Source: Eledone cirrhosa
Taxonomy: Eukaryota
Length of the DNA stretch: 64,000 nucleotides
Reading direction: 5' to 3'
Assembly: GCA_964016885.1 (NCBI GenBank)
Contig: OZ024740.1
Location: forward strand, 105,586,001-105,650,000
In this document: one piece after another, positions 54,612-64,000 of the stretch
Position numbering within the stretch: the first letter of the stretch is position 1
How the letters are laid out: each line of letters opens with the position of its first letter
The notes under the pieces: model-generated
Database searches by the model: none
What the model was told of the DNA's origin: nothing
Seen by the model: only the letters and a program-made list of their open reading frames with translations
Position numbers and translations under genes: made by a program

Positions 54612-57600
54612 GGCCCGAAAGTTCTTCCGAAGAGATTGGCTAGTTGATTTTCGTCGACGCCTAGAGTTTCCCCAAGTACGTCATCGCTCTTCCCCTCCAC
54701 TAATCCTCTATAGAACGCCAAGGTGGAGTTTCCACCGATCACATTGCCCGATTGGTCGAGGGCTGTGAGCGCCTGAAGACATTCCAGTCTCCAAGCGCTC
54801 CCTCTCGGTCTTCGCTTGACCCAGGACTGCAGCTCCGTCAAGGAGACGAGTTGGGGAAAGACGTGTCTAGCAAACGGAGACCACACCTGATCACCGTCAA
54901 GGAAGAGGTGGATATGTCGTAGCCTGAGCGCGTGTCTGCGCATCATCAGCCACGGCATCCCCAGCCCTCCACGTAGCGGGTGTTGACAGCAGATGGACCG
55001 CCTGACCATCGGAGCGCGTCCCTTCCACAAAAAGCGAAAGAGCAAACGCTCCAGCGCAGTCAGGCGGCGCTTAGGACAAGGTACGACGATCAGGCGGTAG
55101 TAGATGACGGACGCGATATACGCGTTAGCCACCTCCGCTCGACCTTTCAGGGATAGCTTCCTCTCGGCCCATTTCTGGGTGAGAGAAGCCACCCTGCTCG
55201 TCAACTCGTCCCAGTTTTTGTCCGTCTGGAGATCCGGACCGAACCAGACCCCTAGCAATTTAACTGGTCCGTCCGTCCAGCGCCCGACGACGCTATTGGA
55301 CGGCATGGACTTGCCTCTCCAGGTGCCGACTGACTTTTCCTGGTTGATCATTGCTCCTGTCACCGCTTCGCATTCTCTTAGTGTAGTGCCGATCGCCTCG
55401 ATGTGTTTGGCGTTCGACACCACTACGGTGACATCGTCCTCATATGCTGACACGGATCTTCCGCATCCTAGTTCGCGCGGGACCCCCCTCAACGTCTCCA
55501 GTTTGTGCAGTAATGGCTCGAGAGTCAATACGTACAAGAGGGACGAGAGGGGACATCCTTGGCGGACCGAGCGCATGATGTTGAACGGTTCCGAAAGGTG
55601 ACCGTTCACTCTCACCACAGAGCAGATGTCGTTGTGCATGGCAGCGATCCAGCCACTGAAGACGGGCCCAAAGCCAGCCGCCCTCAGGACTGCCGCTAGG
55701 TAACGATGGTCGACCCTATCGAAAGCTTTCGACTGATCTAAATTGATCAAGGACCCACCCGTGCCAGGTTCCTTAGCTACCCTCTCTACGATGTATCGCA
55801 TGCGGTGGAGGTTGTCGTGGATGGATCTGTCGGGAATGGCGCATGTCTGCGCCTCTCCCACCAGACCACCAACGACAAGCGCCAACTTCTTTGCTAGCAC
55901 CTTGGCCAAAATCTTGAACTCTGTGTTTAGCAGAGTTATGGGCCTAAAATTATCTATGTTATCCCCCTTGTTCGGATCCTTTCTCAGCAGCGCCACCGCT
56001 CCTCGGCTCACAGAGCTGGGAATTCTCCCGTTCTGTTTCCAGTTGCAGTAGACGTCCGCCAAGAGGCCCCCGTACGTAAAGTTCATAGGGCATCTGTACG
56101 TAAAGTTCATAGGGCAGACCAACCAAACCAGGCGATTTACCCCTTGTGCAGCTAGTCATTGCCTCCCGTACTTCAACGGCTGTTATCGGCTTTTGGCAAC
56201 ACTCCGTCTCAGTGGCCGAGAGCCGCGGCAGTCCGTCGAGGTAGACACTAAAGTCCATCGCTCGATCCGGCCCGTCGCTTCCTCCGAACAACTGAGTGAA
56301 ATGTCGCTGAAAAGCTTCACACATTTGCCCGGGATTGAGTAGCATGCGCCCGTCGTGGTCCACCAAAGACCGGATCGTGGCTTTGTTGCCACGACGCGCC
56401 TCCGCCACTCGGGCCCATTGAACGGCTTTCGTCCCCCCGTGTCTGAGAGCACGCACCCTAGCTCTGACAGCGCAGCCTTCGTGCTTTGCATTGAAGAATT
56501 GGTCAAGGGCCAATTTTGCCGCAAGTACGTCGGTCGCGATGCCTTTGCTAAGCGCCTTGTATAATTTTCTAACTAATTCTCCCTCTGCTCTATTTTTTTC
56601 TATTGCTAAACTCTTACTAAACCTAATGGACTCTATTCTAATTGCTCTTTTCAGAGCAAACCACTGGGATCTCCTCAATGCTTTTATGGTCCGCTTGGAT
56701 CAGGAGCTCCATCCCAGATCCGGACCAGTTCTCCTGCTTTTCTTTTGCTATTTCTATTATTTTGGTGTTGGCCTCGATGCCGGTGATGACGGCAGCCATT
56801 AGCCAGGGAATTTCGATGGCCGGTGGAACGTGGGTCACCCTGATCTTCATAAGTCCCTGGCCACAATAGCTTGGGACGAGTGTGAAGTCGTCACTTCGTA
56901 ATAGGGCCATGGAGTGTTCTCTGGCCTCCTGTGGTGTTTCAAAGAACACATCCACGGTTCCATACTTCTGCCCACGTCTGATGTGGGTTTTTTTTTGCCC
57001 ACACATGTCCCAAAGCTTTTTGGATTTGGGACTCGGATGCCCGTTCCACTCGGCGCGATTTTATGTTTATTGTCCGATAAGACACGGTGCATAGGCGACG
57101 TTGCTCCATTTTATTAGGTGTGTGTGTGTGTGGGGGGGGGGGGGGGTGATGCTGACCCTGTACCCATCTTTCTTTACCATTCCTTTGGCTTCCTCTAATT
57201 CCTCCTGAGTTACCTGGATCGCTTCGCACGTTTTTGCTACTCTGGCAAAACTCAGGGTAATTTTCTTAATTGCATTGTTGTTGTTGTTATCGTTATTTTG
57301 GCTATTGTTAATTTTAGTTTCAGTTGTGGTGGTGGTGGCGTCAGTGGTGTTCGGTGGGGAAGAGTTCATTTTGGTTGAATTCATTTCGATATCACGAGCC
57401 ATTTTCTTTTTTTCTTTTGTTTCTGTTGTCGCTGTGGTGGTGGTGGGGGTGGGGGTTGTCGCGGTGGTGGTGGTGGTCGTGGTGGCGACTTTAACACATG
57501 CAGTCATTGGTAATGGCGGGAAATGAACGTCTGCCTGAGACAAATTTAAAATATTGCTACTGCTTACATTTCCAGTGTTGGAAAACGTAGCAATATTTAC

Positions 57601-57867
57601 AATGGTGGTGTCGGTGTGAGGTGTTTGGTAGGAGTGACTCTGAGACATCCATGATTTTTGAAAGAAAAATTTTTGTTTGATAATTATAAAATGTTTAAAT
57701 TTTGGGCTCAAGGCCCCAAGATTTTTGAGTGTCCTTTTCAGAAATCAATGTATGTGCACTTATATACAGTTAACAATAAAAATTTTCCATAAATTACAAT
57801 TTTAAATAACTGAAAATAACAAACCTTTGCGGAGCTCACGATGAAACGATTTACTACGTAGGTCGCC
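54612..57867 (-). mobile_element. Tx1/L1-clade LINE with 5' end, ORF1 remnant and ORF2 RT; endonuclease deleted, 3' end lost
   Basis: ORF1-like 57711-56665 joined directly to the ORF2 linker (QWFALKRAIR); KSPG, FRPITLLNTEFKILAK, DQSKAFDRVDH, RQGCPLS; near-identical to 34733-35870; (TTA)n upstream. Confidence 0.92.
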
Positions 57868-57920
<53 letters not shown>

Positions 57921-58027
57921 TAATAATAAATTAGAAGACTAAAATCCAAAGAAGGCTCGATAAGGATAAATATATATCATATATATAAGAACCCCAGATC
58001 AAATATTTATTAAAATAACAGGTTAAT

Positions 58028-58077
58028 GTTTAAGCGAAGAATCGCTGCTTTCACCCTTAACGGGATCTTCTGAAACT
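58028..58077 (-). ncRNA. Variant hammerhead (family K, CAGAAGA core)
   Basis: AGUUU-CAGAAGA-U CCC GUUAA GGG U-GAAA-GC..GC-UU-AAAC. Confidence 0.5.
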
Positions 58078-58781
58078 AAAAAAAATCAATCTGTAAATAT
58101 TTCGAAAAACGTTACAAACGAAGGAAAACAGGAAGACGTTCCCTGGCAATGGACGAAAAAAAGCGAAGATTACACGTCGTTATGTGGAGCGGTGAGAACA
58201 AATACACGCAAAGACAAAACCACGTTTGTGGAATAAATGAAGTCGTAGACTAATATTCTATGTAGGAAACCGAATGATTCTCGGCTTCAGAATTAAGAAT
58301 AATGTAAATAAATTAGGAGAACGAAAATGACAGAGGTTATTAAAATCAATAATAATTAAATATACTAGCAGAAAAACTACCCTTCGGGTGGTTTTCTGCT
58401 AGCATGTGTAGTGTGCATATTGATATTATACACAAGTATATATACATGTAGATATGATTACGTCAAATAAAATCGTAAATGACAATATAGAAAGAAATTG
58501 AACGAAGACTGTGTTACACTGTCTTATGTAATCAGTAATGTAATGCATGATATATTTAAAAAAAGACGATATTATATATAAACTGCATTAGGAGAAAATT
58601 AGCGACGGAAATATATGCGATTATAAGTGTTATAATATAACGGCCGCTAACCGGACGTGTTGATATTTGACAATTTTAAAGAAGTGAATCTTTAAATAAG
58701 CTATGAAATATATTTAATCAAGAGCCTCGAAATTTAGTAGATAAATTATGTAATATTCATTCATTATTTATTCAAAGTAAT

Positions 58782-58964
58782 GGCGGTGGATTGGCAGTAT
58801 CAGTAGAGGGTCGGACGCCATGCTTTCCAGCATAGTTACGTCCCTTTACGATCTGAGTTCAAATCCCTCCGAGGTTGACTTTGCCTTTCATCCTACGGGG
58901 TCGATAAAATAAAGTACCAGTAATGCACTGGGTAATTGCTGGCCTTGTGCCTAAAGTAGAAACA
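58782..58964 (+). mobile_element. Full-length young tRNA-derived SINE with 19-bp TSD
   Basis: ATTATTTATTCAAAGTAAT at 58763-58781 and 58965-58983. Confidence 0.92.
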
Positions 58965-60331
58965 ATTATTTATTCAAAGTAATCCAACTTATTTTACAAA
59001 CGGGGTAAAAATATATTCTGGATGCAGTCCCGCACTCCTTTCTTTATTATAGTTAAGATACATACACGCATCTATATACGTACATACACGTGCATACGCG
59101 AAAACACCCGCCACGCATGCATATACATGCACGTACACATAATCACTCGCACACATACATAAACCCGCGTGACACCTGTACCCGCACACATACGAACGTA
59201 TACACCAAATACACATAAAACATATATGTGTGTGTGTGTGTATACATATATTTATATAAACGTATATAAATATACACACATAAATGCGTATATAACGCAC
59301 GCACACACAAACCTACAGGTAAATACACATATGTTCACCAAACGTACGTCAAACAAAACACAATGTACACATATACACACATTACAAACGTGCAAACACG
59401 CATACACACACAAACACAAAATACACATATACACATAACCATATACACATATACCAGTATATATAATATAATATATACACCTATAACAAATGCAAGCATA
59501 TATACGTACGAGAAGGTATACATACCTTCACAAAATATACGGGTAATATATACTTACCTATACAAATAAGTAATGGTATAAACATAAAATATACTTAGCT
59601 ACCACATCAGGACGTAAATTATCCGCGTATTGTTCGTACTATCCGTTAGGGTATAATGTGGGGCTGTAATACAGGAAAGCTTTATGCAATTTGTGTTTAC
59701 AAGCTGAAATTGCTTCTGATTTTTTGTTTAAGATGTGGTCAATGGCGTAGAGTATTTCCAGGGCTTCAGCGGCGCAAATATCGCATGGTCTTTTATTTCC
59801 GTTATACGATCTAGCTTTAGGATCTCCCAGTGTAACCTATAATGGGTGTGTTTGTCTTTAGACTCCAGATATAAGCTGAAAGTGACGTCATATTCCTTCT
59901 TAAAAGGTTAAGAAAAGAATGGGTGTGTATGTAAAGACGCAGCTTGAATCTATTGGCGCTTAACCCTATGTAGGCCCGATGGGACGTGGGTGTTTCGACC
60001 TTACATTTGTAGACAATGTTACTAGAGAGGCATTTCCTGGATGTCATTTTCGTTTGTGCCAAAAGTAGAAACAATTATTCTTAACTCTGAAGCTGAGAAT
60101 CATTCGGTTTCTTAAATAGAATATTAGTCTACGACTCCATTTATACCATAAACGTGGTTTTGTCTTTGCGTGTAATTGTTTTCACCGCACCAAATAATGA
60201 CGTATTATCTTCGCTTTTTTCCCGTTCGTTGCCAGGGAACGTCTCCACGGACCAAAGTATCGTCTTCCTGTTTTCCTTCGGTTGCAACGTTTTTCGAAAT
60301 ATTTACTTCTGCGTTCACAGATTGATTTTTT

Positions 60332-60382
60332 AGTTTCAGAAGATCCCTTTAAGGGTGAAAGCAGCGATCCTTTGTTTAAACT
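60332..60382 (+). ncRNA. Variant hammerhead (family K, CAGAAGA core)
   Basis: AGUUU-CAGAAGA-U CCC UUUAA GGG U-GAAA-GCAG..UUGU-UU-AAACU. Confidence 0.5.
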
Positions 60383-60544
60383 TTAATCTGTTATTTTAAT
60401 AAATATTAGCTCTAGGGTTCTTATACATTTGATATATATTTATCCTTATCGAGCCCTCTTTGGATTTAGTCTTCAAATTTATTATTATTACTATATATAT
60501 ATATAATAAAAAGGACGATTTGTTATGTCTTCATTACGTTTATT

Positions 60545-60635
60545 GAGTAGTGACGCGCGCTTCGCTATTGATCAGCTCAAGGTTCGATTTGTATCGATCT
60601 AGCCCGACTCTGGAATCAAAGGCTCGTCGGACCTC
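60545..60635 (-). ncRNA. Degenerate hammerhead (family H)
   Basis: CCGACGA..GAAG-CGCGCG-UC followed by AATAAA; two core mutations. Confidence 0.45.
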
Positions 60636-60767
60636 TGCTGTGGTAATGACAGAATTAACCTCTTGGGTTCATTCCACACCTCTATAGCTACTGGAAACTA
60701 CGCACCAATTGCTCAATCTGGTGAACCTACAGTAACTGGACGTTACATTTCCCAAATATATATATAC

Positions 60768-60905
<138 letters not shown>

Positions 60906-60908
60906 TTT

Positions 60909-60942
<34 letters not shown>

Positions 60943-60967
60943 TATGTATATACATATATATGTATAT

Positions 60968-60998
<31 letters not shown>

Positions 60999-61379
60999 AT
61001 GCTAAACTTAAGAAAATCAACAAAGAGAGGACAAGGCAACGAACGAAATCAAGGCAAAACGAAAAACAATTTTAGAAAATAAAAATACAAACGGAAGACA
61101 CAGAAGTCCAGGGTCATCGGCTATTGAGGTAGACTTTGGCTGTTTCGACCCTACTAACAGTACTTCTGGTCCACCTGGCGTCACAGCGTCTGGCATTAGT
61201 CAATGTGCCATTCTGTGGAGTAAGAGGCGAGAGAAAACAGCAATTTATAGCAATTAAGCTATGACAAGTACACATAGAATTTCACGTGACGACAAGGGAA
61301 AGGCATTGTGTCTCTTATATATAGCACGAATTCTCAAACTCTCATGAGTGAAAAGAAAGAAAAAGACTATATATATATT

Positions 61380-61615
61380 GACAGTCGATCGACTTTCGTC
61401 TAATTGGACCGAGGAAACAATGTTTCCGTTCGTCTTTCCAATTGCTAATACTATCTATCGGTCGCAACTCCAGGTAGAAGTAGCCACGTGAAATAAAGTG
61501 TCTTGCTCAAGGACATAACGCATCGACCGGTCCAGGAATGGAACTCACAACCTCACGATTCTGAGTTCCATTCCTGGACCGGTCGATACGTTATGTCCTT
61601 GAGCAAGACACTTTA
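61380..61615 (-). mobile_element. Second-family SINE with fold-back duplication of its 5' region
   Basis: 61495-61547 is the reverse complement of 61562-61614. Confidence 0.75.
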
Positions 61616-61658
61616 TATATATATATATGATTATGTAATAAACAACACAATACAATTA

Positions 61659-61731
61659 TTCCATTTACCAAAGGTTTCACGAAGACAGTCGATCTCAACA
61701 GAGGTATCTGAAGTCGTTCATCAGAAAGGAA
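61659..61731 (-). ncRNA. Type I hammerhead (family L)
   Basis: UUCCUUU-CUGAUGA-ACGA..UCGU-GAAA-CC UUU GG-UA-AAUGGAA. Confidence 0.75.
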
Positions 61732-61734
61732 AAT

Positions 61735-61807
61735 TTCCTTTCTGATGAACGACTTCGAAGACCTCTGTTGAGGTCGCCTGTTTTCGTGAAACCTTTGGTA
61801 AATTAAA
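61735..61807 (+). ncRNA. Type I hammerhead (family L), palindromic partner
   Basis: CUGAUGA 61742-48; ACGA/UCGU with inner GACCUC/GAGGUC hairpin; GAAA 61788-91; GUA site; weak stem I. Confidence 0.68.
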
Positions 61808-61864
61808 TAGCTCTGTACTATACATAGAGCACTCTTCCTTCCTTTACCTTTTCTACGGAAATAA

Positions 61865-61917
<53 letters not shown>

Positions 61918-62417
61918 TGAGAGAGGGATGTATATATATATATAATACACATACACAAATAATGTCTTTACCATCTTGTGTTCTCAGCTATGAGAACCTT
62001 AGATACAAATACACTTTAGTGATTACAATAATATCCACATCATTCAATCGACGAACCACAGTGACCTATATAATAGGGACAAAATATAGCGCACACACAA
62101 TGAATGAAAACACTTTCCTCACAACAGGAATATTTGAAATGTCACCGTAAATATGAACACCAAAAATATGGGTTTGATACGGTATCAGATAACGAGCAGA
62201 GATAAAGAATGAATAAATGGTTAGATACGTAGTTGTAGAAATGGCTATGCATCCACGTGTTTCTGTGCAGCAACTTTGGGGACTGTCTTCTAACATGGCT
62301 TTGAGTGGAGGAATCCCTTGTCAGTGAAATTTGATAAATGGAAACTGCATGGAAACCTGTCGTAAATGTTTAAAAATAGTACACATCTATATATGTACCT
62401 ACATATAAGTACATCTT

Positions 62418-62452
<35 letters not shown>

Positions 62453-62459
62453 GTATATA

Positions 62460-62845
62460 ACAATTATTTCTACTTTTGGCACAAGGCCAGCAATTACCCA
62501 GTACATTAGGGGTACTTTATTTTATCGACCCTGTAAGGATGAAAGGCAAAGTTAACTTCGACAGAATTTGAACTCAGACCATAAAGGGATGTATCTATGC
62601 TGGAAAGCATGGCGTGCGACCCTCTACCGATACTGCCAATGCACCGCCCATATAAAATAATTGTTTCTACTTTAGACACAAGGCCAGCAATTATCCAGTG
62701 CATTACTGGTACTTTATTTTATCGACCCCGTAAGGATGAAAGGCAAAGTCAACCTCGGCGGGATTTGAACTCAGATCGTAAAGGGACGTAACTATGCTGG
62801 AAAGCATGGCGTCCAACCCTCAACCGATACTGCCAATCACCGCCC
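62460..62845 (-). mobile_element. Two tandem tRNA-derived SINEs
   Basis: Copies at 62460-62648 and 62655-62845, each followed by CATATAAAATAAT. Confidence 0.88.
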
Positions 62846-62896
62846 ATATAAAATAATGGTAGTTAAGACGGGATTAAATCACCATAGTTGTTTATT

Positions 62897-62947
62897 GCAT
62901 TATATATATTTCTGTTACATGGTTATTCATGTGACTTCATCAGATGC
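62897..62947 (-). ncRNA. Minimal type I hammerhead (family M) in stub 62861-63060
   Basis: GCAU-CUGAUGA-A GUCACAUG AAUAAC CAUGUAAC A-GAAA-UAUAUA-UA-AUGC then AATAAA; about 24-bp inverted ends. Confidence 0.75.
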
Positions 62948-63064
62948 TTGCACAATCATTGGTGCAGGTATGTATTCATTGTGATATGCCGGTGGCCATG
63001 CACGTCCATCCAGTAGTGAAGTGGTTCAACATATTATGGGGATTTAATCCCATCTTAACTTCCA

Positions 63065-63245
63065 TTGGCAGTATCGGTAGAGGGTTGGACGCCATGCTTT
63101 CTAGCATAGTTACGTCCCTTTACAGATTGAGTTCAAATCCCGCCGAGGTTAACTTTGCCTTTTATCCTTACGGGGTCGATAAAATAAAGTACCAGTGATG
63201 TACTGGGTAATTGCTGCCCTTGTGCCAAAAGTAGAAACAATTATT
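63065..63245 (+). mobile_element. tRNA-derived SINE
   Basis: Family motifs. Confidence 0.88.
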
Positions 63246-63427
63246 TGATAAATGAATACTCCGTCACTCATTATCACCTACCTGGGATAAACTACTGATG
63301 TGTAGTGTTTTTCGTCGCTAGGATCTGCTTATCATAGGGAAGTTACTACGTAACAACTAATATATACAACACTCTTGTACAATATACATATATATTTATA
63401 TAAATAAAGATATATATAAATAAATAA

Positions 63428-63503
<76 letters not shown>

Positions 63504-63636
63504 TATTCTGGGTTGAGTCGGAGGTAACCACAGTAAGTAATGTACTCAAAACAAAGCAGAGTAGAAAAGTTTGAATATAGAAGAGCTTCTACAGGACTAG
63601 AACTGTTTCATTCGTGAGAAAGCATCAGGAAGCCTC

Positions 63637-63676
63637 CTGATGATTTCTCACGAATGAAACAGTTCTAGTCCTGTAG
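63637..63676 (+). ncRNA. Hammerhead-like motif (family N) in palindrome 63574-63691
   Basis: CUGAUGA-U UUC UCAC GAA U-GAAA-C..G-UC; no stem I partner; homolog stub at 19600-19680. Confidence 0.45.
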
Positions 63677-63710
63677 ATGCTCTTCTATATTATATATATA
63701 TATATATATA

Positions 63711-64000
63711 CTACCAGATTTACCCGGCGTTGCCCGGGGTTTGAAATTATGCTAAGAATATACAGCTAGGAAGTAAAAGAAGAAAATGATTTGTCCCCAA
63801 CCTGTCAAAATAAGCAGAAGTCTTCAATAAATAATTCAAACGAATATTTAGTGCAATCTTTGTACACATAAAACTATGCCGGTAATGAATGAAAACACTG
63901 AACAGGATGTATTTATACAAATGATTAAAGACAATACATGTTGCAAATCTGTAAAAAAAACAGGCACTTTTGCTAAAGTACAAAAAGTTGTAATGAAAGC
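63711..64000 (-). mobile_element. Helitron 3' end
   Basis: Reverse complement CCCGGGCAACGCCGGG hairpin then CTGGTAG|T into (TA)n; related to the 30948-30974 end. Confidence 0.6.

Larger units (their letters stand above)
57928..60490 (-). mobile_element. Penelope-like element: pLTR (57928-58310), 3' UTR, GIY-YIG remnant (59645-60040) and inverted pLTR (60085-60490)
   Basis: KCLSSNIVYKCKV...AYIGLSANRFKLR; the two pLTRs are reverse complements of each other and match 43810-43880. Confidence 0.75.

Noticed and set aside
58782-58870. tRNA gene
   Set aside because: The A/B boxes belong to a SINE head; no cloverleaf.

Overview
AT-rich, microsatellite-dense animal DNA; the SINE and microsatellite content suggests a cephalopod such as Octopus (inference). 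I could not confidently call any host protein-coding gene, and most ORFs in the track are translated microsatellites. The window is a mosaic of retroelements (CR1-group, RTE, R4/Dong and Tx1 LINEs; Penelope-like elements that look like the Naiad clade; tRNA-derived SINEs) and DNA-transposon debris (hAT, mariner, Helitron). The main hidden signal is non-coding. Reading both strands by eye gives about 28 type I hammerhead ribozyme (HHR) motifs, some intact and some degenerate, in about 14 apparently unrelated sequence families. Almost all sit in fold-back stubs or 400-710 bp direct-repeat units inserted in (TA)n. One 628-bp tandem unit carries a complete HHR per unit and resembles a retrozyme or circRNA generator. 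Many of these otherwise unrelated units also share a small ACTC...GAGT(G/A)C hairpin downstream of the ribozyme and polyA signal. All folds and boundaries were read manually, so coordinates are approximate.
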